A DNA stretch of 64,000 bases from the human T2T-CHM13v2.0 reference genome, Homo sapiens (GCF_009914755.1 NC_060947.1); one strand, 5' to 3'; shown: positions 14,201 to 29,150, counted from the first letter of the stretch. Notes: generated by a model not told the origin, from the sequence alone. Program-made: numbers and translations.

Positions 14201-14881
14201 ATGCCTAAGACAAAAGTCATATACTTCAATTGTTAAAGAAGGGGAGAATATCAATTTAGAATTTTATATCTGGTGCTCTTCTTTTTCTTGTGATACGTAT
14301 TTCCATTGTTTATTATACTCCATTTACCAGGGGATCAGTGTTAACTTCACCAGTGATAAGCCATACTGATACCATGTAGCCTTGAAATAATGTGATGAGA
14401 AGGGCATTTCGCCTCTCCAGTCATTCTACCCAAAACTCATAACTCTAGTCCAATCATGGTAAAAACATCAGACAAATCCTAATTGAGGGACAGTATAAAA
14501 AATATCTGACTAGTACTCCTCAAAACTGTAAGGTAATTTTTAAAAAGAGGAAAATTTGCAGAAACTGTCGCAACCAAAGGAGGATACTACAGAGACGTGA
14601 CAACTAAATGTAATGTGATGTCCTGTATGGGATCTTGAAACAGAAAAAAAAAATTAGGTAAAAACTAAGATAAAATCGGTTTGCTATTTGTGATAAATGT
14701 ATCATCACAATATAAAATATTAATAATAAGGAAAACGTGTGAAATATATAGGAACTCTATTGACTCTCTTCACAACTTTTCTGTAAATATAAAAAGCTGA
14801 CAAATAAAACGTTTATTGAAAAAATTAAATGGAAGCAGGAAGATTGAGGAAGGGAATCAGAACTCAAAGTAAGATCAATGT

Positions 14882-15174
14882 GGCCAGGTGCGGTGGCTCA
14901 TGTCTGTAATCCTAGCACTTTTGGGAGGTGGAGGTGGTCAGATCGCTAGAGCCCAGGAGTTTGAGACCAGTCTGGGCAAAGTGGCAAAATCTCATCTCGA
15001 TTATGTATTTATATATGCATGATGGTGCCTGACTTTAGTCCCAGCTATTCGGGAGGCTGAGGTAGTAGAATCCTTTGAGCCCAGGAAGTCTAGGCTGCAG
15101 TGAGCTGTGGTCATATCACTGCACTCCAGCCTGGGTAACAAAGCAAGACTCTGTCTCAAAAAAAAAAAAAAAAA
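14882..15174 (+). mobile_element. Alu (old, AluJ-like)
   Basis: ggccaggtgcggtggctca...ctccagcctgggtaac, then polyA. Confidence 0.9.
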
Positions 15175-17780
15175 TCAATATGGTGATGAATTTCTTGTGC
15201 TATTTTTGCCTCCTGTATCTCCCAGCCTGGACTCAAATGCAGCACAAATTCAATAATTGCACGCAAGTTGTGGACAGAAAGAGTGCCAAGAAAATGCCTC
15301 TATTTTTAGTCCAAGGAATAGAATACAGGGCCTCTACAGGACACAGAGAGTTGTCCAAATGCCATTATTATTTTGCTAGCTGTGTACTCAGGCAAGCTCC
15401 AGTCCTGAAGCTGTAACTTAATGGTGACAGCATCGGCAAAAGTTGTGAAGGCACCTAAACCTCTGAGGAAGGAAATCCCTTCTCTCTGACAAAAGAACAT
15501 TGGTCTATGAATGAGAGGAGTCCTCCTTCGTATTTTTCTCTCTATATTCTCCTGTCACTTGGTCATCAAGGCAGATCCATTCAAGGCAAGGGGAAATCAG
15601 AGTGACTAGCCCCTTTTCTAGCTAAAAGGCCAGAAGGAGGGTCCCCTGGGTGGCAGAAAGTGTGGTAGAGATCATGGAGAAGAGGAAATGTGAGAAAGGG
15701 ATCCTCTCAGGTTGTGTATCAAGTACTGGGCTCAACCTGACGTGCTCACGCAAAAATCTTACCATAAATAAGATAACAAAGGCTTGGAAAACTGTTCTAT
15801 TGGTAGATCACTGTCCAGGTTTCAGTCACAGGGCCTTGGGTGGTTTACAAACACTGTAGATCCAAATATCATTGCACCGAACAGCAGCAAAATACATATA
15901 CTTTTCAAGTACATATGGAACATTCACCAACATATATTCTAGGTCCTAAAACGAACATCAAGAAATTATCAAAAATTCAAACCATGCAGAGTATAGTCTC
16001 TAAACCTACTGTAATCAAACTAGAAATAAAACAATAACAAAACAAAAGGAAAATGTCTAGACATTTGGTTGTTAAACAGCACTCTTTTAAACAAGCCTCT
16101 TAAATCAATGACCTAAACAGCGGGTCTAAGAGAACGTCTCAAGGAAATAAAAAATGCACTGAACTCAATGAAATTGCAAATGCAACATATTAGAACTTGG
16201 AGGATGCAACTGCAGCAGTGTTTCAAGGGAAAATTAGAGCGTTTAATGCTTAGATAAGAAATAATACAGCTCTCAATGCAATAGTCTAAGCTTTTCATCT
16301 TAATTAAGAAAAAAAAAACAGAAAAAAAAGGTAACAGCAGAAACGAATGAAATGAAATGTGAAAATAAATAGAGAAAATCAAGGAACCCAAAAGCTGGCT
16401 ATTTGAAAGAAACAATAAAATTCAGAAAGCTCTAGACAGACAAAGTAAAAAGAAAAAAAGAAGAAGACACAGATTACCAGTATCAGGAATTAAACGGGAG
16501 ATATCATTACACATATTGTGAAAATAGAAGGATAAAAGGAAATAATAAAATCAAATTTATTTACTTAAATTCAAGAACTTAGATGAAATTGAATAATTCC
16601 CCCAAAAATCAAACACTACCAAAATTCACCCTAGAGAAAACGAAAAATATCAAAAGAAGTAAAACTAATGAGGAAATTGATGCCATAGTTTAAATTTATT
16701 TGAAAAAGAAACCTATGATTCAGATGGTTTCCCTGGTGATCTCTCCCAAATGTTTAAATGGAATTAACACCAATTCTACAAAATCTATTCCAGAAAATAG
16801 AAGAGGAAAGAATATATCCCAACTCATTTTACGAGGTTAAGATTACCCTTGTATGAAAACAAGGCAGGACAGTACACAAAAAGGAAAACTATAGACCAAT
16901 ACATTTTGAGAACATATAATGATGACATAATCCCCTCCACCCAAATACCAGCAAATGCAATCTAAGAAATCTATAAAAAAGGATAATGCACCATGACCAA
17001 GCAAGGTTTATTTAAGGAATGCAATGCTAATTCGACACTTCACAACTGAAACAAAGCGAACCACAATGTAAGCCACCACACTAACAGACTAATTTGTCTG
17101 TTAGTGTGGTGACCATATCAGTTGAAGGAAAAAAAACTCTCTTTGACAATATGCAGCTTCCGTTTGTGAAAAAACCCTCAGAAAATGAGAAATAAATTAA
17201 ATAAGAACTTAACCTCATAAAGGGCATATGCAAAAACACTACAGCTAATGTCCAACTTTATAATAAAATACTGAATAAAGCAAAAGAATATATACGAATA
17301 AATACAGCAAGGAGACTGGAATAAAATATATAACATCACCTCCATTCTCAGGGGCATAATTGTCTATGTATAAAATCCCAAGAAAATGCCAAAAAAATTC
17401 TACAACTAATAAATGAGTATAACAAAGTGGCAGGACACAAGGTCAATGAACACAAATGAGTCATATATCCATATAATGAAATGTAGAAACCAAATTTATA
17501 ATACCATTTCACTGACACTGAAAAAAGAAATATTTATATATAAATCTAAATATTGTATATGGTCTATATGCTGAAAACTACAAAACTACAAAATGCCAAT
17601 GAAAGAAATCATAGAGCACCTAAATAAATAGATAGGGACACTTTGTTCGTGGACTTAAAGATTCAACATGGTAAAGAGGTCAATCAATTCTCACCAAATT
17701 GACATGTAGGTTCAAAGCAATGCCAAATAAAATTCCAGCAGGAATTTTTGTATATATAGACAAACTGATCAAAAAATGTA

Positions 17781-18077
17781 GGCCCGGCGCCATGGCTCAC
17801 ACCTGTAATTCCAGCACTTTGTGATGCCCAGGCGGCTGATCACTTGAGGCCAGGAGTTTGAGACAAGCCTGGCCAACATGGTGAAACCCTGTCTCTATTA
17901 AAAATACAAAAATTAACCAGGCAAGGTGGCACATGCCTGTAATCCCAGCTACTAGGGTGGCAGAGGCAGGAGAATCGCTTGAACCCAGGAGCTGAGATTG
18001 CAGTGAGCCGAGAGTGTGCCACTGCACCCTAGCCTGGGCAACAGAGGGAGACTCGGTCTTAAAAAAAAAAAAAAAAA
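17781..18077 (+). mobile_element. Alu (AluS/J-like)
   Basis: Full dimer with polyA. Confidence 0.93.
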
Positions 18078-18180
18078 GACAACCCTCTACCCTGACAACA
18101 TTTTGCAGGAGGGCTAAAGAACTAGAATCATTAACATAATTCTGGAAAGGCAGAATAAAGCTGGAAGAATCATACTACCC

Positions 18181-18485
18181 TTTTTTTCTTTATTCCTTTT
18201 TTTTTTTTTTTTTTTTTGATGGAGCCGCTCTGTTGCCTAGGCTGGAGTGCAGTGGCCTGATCTGGGCTCACCGCAACTTCTGCCTCCCAGGTTCAAGCGA
18301 TTCTTGTGTCCCAGCCTCTGAAATAGTTGGGATTACAGGCTCCCGACACCATGCCAAGCTAACTTTTGTATTTTTAGTAGAGGTGGGTTTTCCCCATGTT
18401 GGCCAGGCTGGATCACCTCAGGTGATCCGCCCGCCTGAGCTTCCCACAGTGTTGAGATTACAGGCGTGAGCCACCGCGCCCGGCC
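18181..18485 (-). mobile_element. Alu (AluS-like)
   Basis: Antisense dimer; TSD tcatactaccc at 18170-18180 and 18486-18496. Confidence 0.93.
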
Positions 18486-18817
18486 TCATACTACCCAACT
18501 TTAAAATTAACACTAAGACTATAGTAATCAATAGAGTGTGATATTGGGTAAGGGGTAGACATATAGATCAAGGGAACTGAATAGAGAACCCAGAAATAGA
18601 ACCACACAAATATAGTCCATGGAGTCTTTACAAAGAACTAAGGAAATTCAATTGAGAAATGTTGGTTCTTTCATTGAATTTTATTAGAACAATTAGACAA
18701 CCATATGTTAAACAATGAATCTCTAACTAAACCTCATATTTTATACAAAGATAATATATCTAAAAGATAAATGAAAAACTATAAGCAGTTTGAAAATAAA
18801 ATACAGGAGAAAAAACC

Positions 18818-20154
<1,337 letters not shown>

Positions 20155-20488
20155 ACGAAATGGCGAATTACCGTTCTTTTCACGCAATGTCTTTTGTGTG
20201 TGAAAGATAAACATATAAACATAAGAAGTGATGTATTGCAAAGACGTTAAAGAAAACACAGATTATTGTTATGAAAATATTGCATCCTTTTTATGAATGT
20301 CAGTACTTTAAAAAGTACATATTCAATAGTGACTAGGAATTACTGACATTAATGACTGAGAGACATATTTTTAAAAACATTATCGTAAGTTGTTACAAGA
20401 GACATATAAACAACAAACTTTTGACAAAAGACATAAACAACACTATAAAAATGAAAGTTATTACAACAATTCCTTCTGCCACTATTAC

Positions 20489-20796
20489 CTGCATACAATC
20501 CTTCCTATAAATATTAAATTCAATCATGTCATTGGGAATATGGCTTAAATATAAATATAATTTTCCTTTTAAAAATAAAAGTTATTACGTTTTCTAGAGA
20601 AAAGATTTTAAAAACAAGATAGATTATTACCTGTGAGCAATTGTATTTGAAAGTCTGAGATAAGTTGGATGACTACGCATAGTTTACTAATTGGATTTCA
20701 AAGTCTTTTTGTTTTTCTACAGTTACATGAGCAGCAAGCATGCCAGAGGCTGAGTAGAATTCATCAAAAGGCCGATCAATATTTCAAACAAACCAT
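20489..20796 (-). pseudogene. Putative unprocessed pseudogene fragment (166-nt exon plus 16-nt micro-exon), parent unidentified
   Basis: AG/GT-bounded segments 20796-20631 and 20504-20489; joined frame WFV*NIDRPFDEFYSASGMLAAHVTVEKQKDFEIQLVNYA*SSNLSQTFKYNCSQ|EGLYA. Confidence 0.35.
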
Positions 20797-21120
20797 CTAG
20801 AGAATATGTGTTTATTTTTGGTAATCTAAACCACATTTTAAAATATTTACAATATTTTATTATAATGCTAATTCATATGCACTTCAGAGGTGTTAGAAAT
20901 ATTGAAAGCATAAATAAGAGAATAAAAACACTTATATTTCCATAAGCAGCAGAAAGCCATTGTTAATAGTTTACTGTATATACTCCCAGTTGTATGTAAG
21001 TATGTCTCTTTGATATGTACATGTGTTCCATAGTCTTTCAATCTGGCTTTTATTTGAGGAAGTTGATATGCTAGGGCATTTGTCAAGCAAAGATCATTTA
21101 GGTTCTAAATTTGTAGTATA

Positions 21121-23095
21121 GGACTCCTGATTCTGGCCAAGATGGAGGAACAGGGACCTAATTTATAAACCCATCTGAAACAACTAAAAACCAGGCAAAA
21201 TATGTGAAACGGATTTTCAATTTATCGGACATTAGGCAAAGAAGACAGTGTTCTCTGGGAGATAAAAAACAAGTGAGTTGAGTCCTATGATTGCACAAGC
21301 TTACCGCCTAAAGAGACATTGTAGATCACAGTGCACAGAAGGGGATCCTGATTGTCTCTTTGAGTTAAGAACATGGAGCTGAGAGTATAGGCATGCCAAG
21401 ATGGATAGTACCTGTAGGACAAAATTCTAGAAAGGAAAGAGTTTCACAGAAATAAATCTATAAAGATTATGCAGGTCTTGGAATTATTCCTGCTCCCATT
21501 AGTCAGAATGGAAAATCTCACAATTCATGGGGCATTGGTTAGAGTATACAGAATAATTTTGCTTTAGAAGTGCAACATTGACCATAGACTAAACATTGAT
21601 TTTATCTCACTTAAAGTTCAAAGGCAAGATGCAGAACAATCCTTCTCTTTCCAATAAATTTAGCTGAGTTTCACAGCAAAGCTCAAGAATATTATTTATT
21701 TATAGAAACACAAAAATGCCCAGCACTCAACAAGGTAAAATTCACAGTGTCTGACATCCAATGCCAAATTGCCAGGTCTTGAAAGAAACAGAAAAGTAGG
21801 ATAAAAATAAGGAGAAAAATAAATTAAATTTGAACTAGAAAAGAGACAGATGATAAAGTTAGTAGACAAGAACATCAAAAGAGTATTCCATATATCCAAA
21901 AAATAAGAGAAAACTTTAAACATATTAGTGTAGAAGATATTAAAAAAGACCTAAATAAACTTTGAAATGTGGAAGCTACAATGTATGATTTGAAAAAAAA
22001 TACACTGATTTGGATTAATGGCAGATTGGACATGTAAGAAGAAAGGATTGATGAACTTGAAGATATAGCAGTAAAACTTTCCAGAATGAAACAGAGAGAG
22101 AGAAAAATAAATGAAAAAAATGAATAGAGCATTAGTGAGTTGTGGGGCAATTTCAAGTGGCCTAATGTACAGATATGTGCAGACTAAAGCACAGAAAAAT
22201 GAGGGAACAGAAAAAATTTTTGATAAAATAATGCATGAAAAAGCTTCAATTTTGATGAAAACTCTAAACCCACAAATCCAAAAAGCTAAACAAATTTCAA
22301 GAACAAAAAATATGGAAAAAAAACTATACCAAGGTTCATGAAATTTAAATTACTTGAAACCAATGATAAAGAGAAAATCTTAACAGTATCAAGAGAAAAA
22401 AGACAGTTTAGCTGCAGAGGAACAAAAATAAGGATAAGAGTAGATTTCTTGTCAAAAACAATGAAACCAATTGGACACAGTGGCTCGTTCCTATATCAGC
22501 CTTTTAGGAAGCCAAAGTAGGAAGATCATTTGAGGCCAGGAGTCCAAGACCAGCCTAGGCAACAGAACAGGACTCCATCTCTACAAAAATAATGAAAAAT
22601 CTTAAAAAAAAAATGTTAAATTCAAAAATAGAAATAAAAAAACAATTAAACCAAGATGAGTGTGGAGCAACCTCTTTAAAGTGGTGAAACATAAACAAAA
22701 CTGTTAACCTAGAAATCTATATACTGTGAAAATATCTAGCAAAACAGAGGTGAAATAAAGGCTTTTCTGAAATGAAAAACCTTACATAATTAATCACCAG
22801 ATAGGAACCACAAGAAACATTAAAGGATGTTTAAAACAAATGTTAAAGGAAGTCTTCCAGGCAGACTGAAAAATGATACCAGATAATCTGGATCTAAATA
22901 AAAGAATGAATTGCATCAGGAATTGCAACATCATGGATAAATATAATCTCCATATTATGTACATGTCTTTAAGAAATAGTTGACTATTTAAAGTAAAAAT
23001 AATCATACTGTATGATGAAGTATATAACATATGTAGGAATAAAATGTGTGCCAATAATAGACAAAAGGCTAAGAGGGGAGAAATGGAAATCAACT
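21121..23095 (+). mobile_element. Old L1M 5' end/ORF1 relic, with Alu monomer at ~22473-22612
   Basis: L1M-like start (ttctggccaagatgga); ORF1-like pieces (KTLNPQIQKAKQI; KEKILTVSREK...IRIRVDFLSKTM). Confidence 0.75.
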
Positions 23096-24439
23096 GTTGG
23101 TTTTCACGTGTTTGACTCTTCTGAGTTCCAGTGGCTCTGGCCAGCTGTCGTCCTGTTTGTACTCAAGGCCCTAGCACAGTAGCCAGGTGGGCCTACATAT
23201 GCCAGACATTGAAGTGCCGCTCTTCGTTTAAAGTGTGAACGCAATGTCACTGGAGGGGATGCTGTGAACTCCACACCCAAATTACCCTTCTCTGTTAAAT
23301 AAGGAACTCGTAGGCATCACTTCACCCTTTGTCCTTAAAGGGAATTAAGCTCTACATATTTAATAGATTTTAGTTGAGATTAGGCAATCTGAATATCAGT
23401 CAAGGGGATTGTGTGCTGTACTGGGGGAGCAGAGGCAACATACATAAGAAAAATGTACCAGGCTCTCCTCTCTTGTTCAGGGTGCTTTTATGTGATCTAA
23501 GAATACTTTCACAAAAAGTGAAAATGCCCATCATGTTATTTGGTGCTGATAGGTGACAAGGTAAAGGCAGTACTAGGGACCCCTTTCCTAGAGAGTTTGA
23601 AGCAGGGCTAGGAATGAAGGTGAAGACAGGGATTGGGGTCAACGGGAATGAAGAGCCTATGCAAATCCCAAAGGGGAACGGTGAGTTGGAGGGAGGGGAG
23701 TGAGTCCCATGCTGAGAATAAAGAATACACAAGTGAGCAGGAGGATAGTGTGTTCCATATGTGTTTAGGTCAGTGCATGGGGTGCGGGGAGACAGTGAAG
23801 AGCTTGGGAAATCAGAAATGGAATTGTAGCATATACAGAGAATGGAGTTTGGAAGGTCACAAGTTTTTGGCAGTGCCTGGCAACAAAGTTGAGATTCTGT
23901 GCAGTAGAGAGAATGACATCCACACAGAGAGATGCCTGTTGTAGGGCATGAGAAAGTCCATATCTGAGGAAGGGCATTTTGCACAGAGCTGCCCCAGTAG
24001 TGCTCAGGGGTGTCAGGGTGGCCCAATGCTCTGAGGGAAGAAAAGGTGCTGGGTGGACAAGACTATGGGATTAGAGTCCTCACTTCATCCACACTGCTCT
24101 GTCTTCCCCATGTTCATGGACTGGAGTTTTGTGGAAGGCTTCCATTGGAATAAGGGTTTGCACATCTAAAATTTTGAAAACCACTTTCCACCAACCAGAT
24201 ACAGAATACATCATGAAGTACTGACCCCCAGGTACTTGGACCTGGGATTGCTTCTTTCCCCTTGCTCTGGTTGTCATGATCATCTTTATTTAGTTACTAT
24301 AGAGAGGCCAGCTGCCAAAAACAGCACACTATGTTAGAGGAGATAAGTGTCTGGGTATTAGTAATTATACACTTAATCTTGGACGACAGATGCCAAGAGC
24401 ACTAAAAGTAACATGATGTAACAGATACGACATTGAAAA

Positions 24440-24676
24440 TATGATATATAAATCTATATACAACATAAGCCACCTCAAATATATATGCAACTATATGTAT
24501 TCACGCAAATGTATTTACACATATGTATATGTTTATACAAATGTACATTTATATACATAAATATATACATATATTTGTACATATACATACGTGTATACAT
24601 GAAGATATACATATATCTTTGTATATATGTATATATACACGAATATGTATATACGCAAATGCATACACACATATAT
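24440..24676. repeat. TA/TG/CA low-complexity tract
   Basis: Directly visible alternating purine-pyrimidine run. Confidence 0.85.
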
Positions 24677-25439
24677 AGGAAGCACTCTCTATTTGGATTT
24701 CTGGAAGTGTTCTTCCTCCCTTTCCAGCCTCCTGTACACTTCCTTCCTTCATTAAGCTTAGAGTAATTTTGATTACCAAATAAATGTGTTTTCAAGAGAC
24801 AGAATGACGTCACGTAGCATGTAAGCCAGTATCTACACAATAATCACTTGATTTTACCTTAACCTATAGCCTCAAAATACTTCTACTCATGCAGCCAAAC
24901 CTAATGTCCAGCCCTGGCACCTATCCAGATAGACAGACCCATTTTCCTACTGCTCATGCGACAGCTCCACATGGACAGGCTACAGCACCTCTCTGACTGC
25001 ATAATACACACAGATCTCATCCTCCACACTCTTCCTCATCAAGTCATCACCAACTTTTCCTCCTCCACTCTCACTCTCAACTAAGGGCACAGCATCATCT
25101 AGAAATCAGATCAATAGAGATTCTCTCCATCAGTTCCCAGTCCCTCACTTCCTAAAATGCTCACATGTCTTTCCACCTCACCATCTCCCCTACACCCCTC
25201 ACACAACGAATTAAGGGCCTAGCCACTTCCTTTTGTTTTGTAGAGTTAGTGTGTCCTCAGCATATGTTCAATAAATGTTTGCCGGATGAATGAATGCATG
25301 CATGAACCAATGAATGAATGAAATTACCAGGCATGGGAATTCCCTAATTCAAATCTTGGAATCTGCCCCACCTGGGCCTCCTGCCTCCATGAAGAAACCC
25401 ATAGTTCCCTCACCTGTGCTCACTTGAGGTCACAGTTCT

Positions 25440-26330
25440 CATGGAAACTACAGCTGAGAGTGTCACTGTGGACACCTCCTCCCCAGGGCCAAACACTGAC
25501 ATGGAGATGAGGATGCTCCCAACAGGACCAGTGCATGATACTTCCTGCATTGGACCACGCAAGTCCATGTCAGCTTAACAATGGAGAGTGCCATTTCCAC
25601 GGGGGTTCCATCTAACCTTCCCATGTCCAGACATTGGACCAGCCCTCTACCCTAGACAGTGTATGGTTGAAACATAGGCCAGCGATCACAGCCCCAAGAC
25701 TTCCGCCCCCTTGTGTGCCAAGATCTCAGAAGCCACTGGAGTCCATGGTGTTCCTGGCCCATCTTGGCTGTTGGTCATCAGTCAGCAACCCACTCACATA
25801 GCCCAGCCTCTATGAAGGGTCCACAGGAGATAAAACACCAGCCCCCAGTAGGCATGAAGACAGCACTCAGCCCTGAGACACTGGCAAGGTTGCAGAGGAG
25901 CATTGGAGTGGTCAAGAGAGGTAGCTCACCCAGAATGATGCAGGGAGCCAGCCATACTCTTCCTGACAGAGGGAAGGTGATTCTGAGGGAGGGTACAGTG
26001 TCCTGCACGCCACTGGTGCATTCAGCCAACAAGCCTGTCCATTCAGATCACGTGGCCCCTTCCAGTTGGTAATGATGGTCCCTGGATTTCCCAAGCCTAT
26101 TCTTGTTCATTGTCCTGTTCTCCCCCTCCCTTCCCCCTTCTTTCCCTCAGGTCCCTGCCCCCACCAGGCTGAACTCTGGATTCAGAGCTCTGATTGCCAG
26201 CCTGCCTGGGGCTCTGTGGTCCTGGTTTCGCATATGGTCTCTCTCATGGACTCTGGCAATTGCTCTCCCCTGGATCCTCCCAATGCCCCTCACGGGCTGA
26301 GGGTCTCCTGTCTCTCTCCTTCCTAGGCTC
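25440..26330 (-). mobile_element. Very old ERV-L/gypsy-like pol relic, copy A
   Basis: Paralogous to 45600-47585; translation fragments loosely resemble the RT-connection/RNase H region. Confidence 0.35.
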
Positions 26331-27647
26331 TTGTTCATTCTGACCAAATCTTTCTGAAAGGAGAGGAGAAATCTCCTGTCCACATATCAGAATTTCAAAT
26401 CATTTTTAATTTTTTAAAAATGTTAATTGGTACAGCATTTTTGCAATGAAATTTTAGAAATATTTATAAAATGCTAAACTATTTATACCCTTTTCATTTT
26501 CACCCAACGTCGATGTTAATACATTTCTTATAAGAAAACATTAATGTTTGCCCAATAATTCATATTCGAAGATGATTTTATTCTATTCATCATACAGCAG
26601 ATGGGAAACAACTGGTGTCCATTAGGAAGAAAGAGTTTAATTAATTATGGTGCATGCCTACTTTAGAATTATAGAAATTAGTTTCAAAAGAGAGATCTAT
26701 ATATATATACACAGTTGTGGAAAGATCCCATATCCATTTTATGAAGTGACAAAGGCTAGTGGCAGATCAATATATACATTATCATTCTTGTGTATTAAAT
26801 AAAAACAATATATTGTTATAGCTTATCTGTCAATTAATAGCCTAGAGTCAGTTTTAAAATAATACATACCAGATTGTTAATTGTGGTGACCTCTAAGGAG
26901 GGGGATAAACTGTGGAGGAGTTTTGTAAAGGGGAAAATTGTGAATTATATACACTTCTATAATTTTTGCAATAACAATATGCAAACTGTTACCTTTGAAA
27001 TACAAAATATTTATGCTTAACAGAAATGGTAGCTATGGTAGTTAAAGTAACTGCTAGCTGATGCATCAGAGAAATGCTGAAATTTGATTGGCATGACACA
27101 AGTTTATTTTATGCATACATAATTGGTGATACAGTTTGCCAGGGGCTCTATACTCTCATGTGACCCAGGGATCCATGCTACTTCCACTTTGTGATTCCAT
27201 CATCTCATCTCAAGATGAAGCTGCCATGCTTGCCATTGAAAGGAGGGAGAAAGTGGAAAATGGCACAGTCGCAATTCCTGGATGTGACAAACAATGCTTC
27301 TGCTCATGTTTCAGTGGTAAGGGGTTGTCACACTACTCTTCCTAACTGCAAGTGGACTTTACTGTTCCCATGTGTCCAGACAGGAGAGGAAGACAAGATG
27401 TGGGTAAGTAATATAGCTTCCCCCATAAACTGTTACATAGTAAGTGCTCAATAAAAAGCAACTATTATAATTTGGTGTTACACAATCCATCTCATTTCTA
27501 GGAGGAATTTCTAAGAAGGCCAAATTTGCCTTGAAGTTCTCCAGTTTGTTCAAGGGTCTAGTATGTCACAGATGCTTTCTAATATAGGATCACAACTGTC
27601 CAAGAATCTTGAAGTTCTCAGCAGGAAGGCTTATCTTTGCAACACCC

Positions 27648-27882
27648 TTTATTTTTTTAACTTTTATTTTAGGTTTGAGGGTACATGTGAAGGTTTATTA
27701 CATAGGTAAACACGTGACACAGATTTGTTATACAGATTTTGTCATCAAGGTATTAAGCCCAGCACCGAATAGTTATCTTTTCTGCTTCATTCCCTCCTCT
27801 CACCCTCCCCTCTCAAGTAGACCTCAGAGTCTGTTGTTTCCTTCTTTGTTTTCGTAAGTTCTTATCATTTAGCTCCCACTAA
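27648..27882 (-). mobile_element. Older L1PA 3' tip
   Basis: ttttaacttttattttaggtttgagggtacatgtg...catttagctcccact. Confidence 0.85.
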
Positions 27883-28929
27883 GTAGGCTGAGAATTTTTT
27901 CCTCCATTTGATTCTTGATAGAAATCATAACCTGTGAGTTTCTGCTACTCTGCACATGACTGAACACCTGTCAGGCGCCTCTAGGCACACTGAAAGCCAG
28001 TATTTTTCCATGGAGCAATTAAACAGACAAGAGGCAGTAGAAGGCTGCTTAATTATTCCTTTTTCATCAAAGCTGACATGTATTCCAAGGAATTAGGTTT
28101 CACCTCCTGGGGGACTCCAGAGATTTAGGAATTTAGCCTCAGTAAGTAGATGTTTGTTCCACTGGGATTTCCAAAGTGTTTCCTCACCTAATATTCATGA
28201 GGGAAGCTTTGGTTTTTGACCATTCATCTGTGCATGTGTTCAGAGGTGAATTCCAAATCAAACACCCTGTAAAAGTCTGATTGCAAGTATCAAGGTGGTT
28301 CCAAACTTCGTGTAACTTCAGGGGGATATCCTGAGAACTAACAGATAATATGGCAAATCAGACCCTACTCAATCCCTTAGGAAAACACTTGGAGACTGTG
28401 TCGAAGATAACCAGAGTGGTACCCAGGTGTCCAAAAGTCACTGTCCCATGTGAATGTTTATATCAAAATGGTTGTTGCTATCACATGGCTTCCTGGGTGA
28501 GAGATGGGACAGCCAGAGGACTTCTACAGGGAGAAGAAACGCTCCCTGTCAGGAGGAGAACAGGTGATTCTAGGCTGTTCTGTGGGGACCAATGACAAGC
28601 TGGTCAGCAGGCCAGGTTCCAGAGTCAGACAAAAAATATGGAAGGGACCAGGGGAAATGTGCTTTAATTCCGGAAAGTGCTGGGAATGGACAGAAATGGC
28701 CACATCTGGGCAGAGTCAGGTCTTGAGGAACCCAGCATACACCAGTCCTAAATGGTGTTTGATTCTCATTGCCACCTCCAGGTCTGCTTTTAGTATGTTG
28801 TGCTCAAGGTCCTTCTTTTTGTCACCTGAGCGACATGGTGCAGTGCTGAGAAACGAAATGAAGTAGCAGTCAGGAGGTCAACCTCGGGCTGGGGGGAGTG
28901 GGAGCTGCATGGGCTCTAAAGGAATTCAC

Positions 28930-29150
28930 ACCAGGGGTCTGGTTCCAGCCCTGTTCCTTACTAGCCACGTGATCCTGGGAAATACCCAAGAAATACCCTG
29001 TTATTATGTCCCAATTCACAAGCCCTGTGAGCCTTGATTCTTTATCTGTAAGCAGATGTGATAAGCCCTGTCTAGTAGGACAGTTGGAGTGTGTGCAACG
29101 TAGGTGAAGCACCTGGCTCAGGGCCTATTGTAAATTAGGAGTTTAAAGAG
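28930..29150 (+). mobile_element. MIR fragment (paralogous copy at ~48200-48400)
   Basis: MIR core-like ccttactagccacgtgatcctggg...gagccttgattctttatctgtaa. Confidence 0.55.

Larger units (their letters stand above)
15870..18815 (+). mobile_element. Old L1M ORF2 relic interrupted by two Alus
   Basis: Degenerate endonuclease-to-RT region motifs (catggaacattcaccaa-like, ggaaaactatagaccaata, gaacccagaaataga). Confidence 0.75.

Noticed and set aside
23197-23333. Possible further minus-strand exon of the 20.5-20.8 kb relic (tttaag|...|gtaggc)
   Set aside because: All three frames contain stops and no single convincing frame emerges; too speculative without a homologue
23400-24026. 208-aa minus-strand ORF
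   Set aside because: Non-ATG start, no recognisable domain; the region looks like degenerate L2-like sequence
24475-24840. Tyr/Ile-rich ORFs
   Set aside because: Translations of TA-rich low-complexity DNA
25713-26072. Plus-strand ORF sharing GVVKRGSSPRMMQGASHTLPDRG with 47128-47319
   Set aside because: The peptide identity simply reflects the 71-bp DNA identity; starts and stops differ and no splice structure is evident
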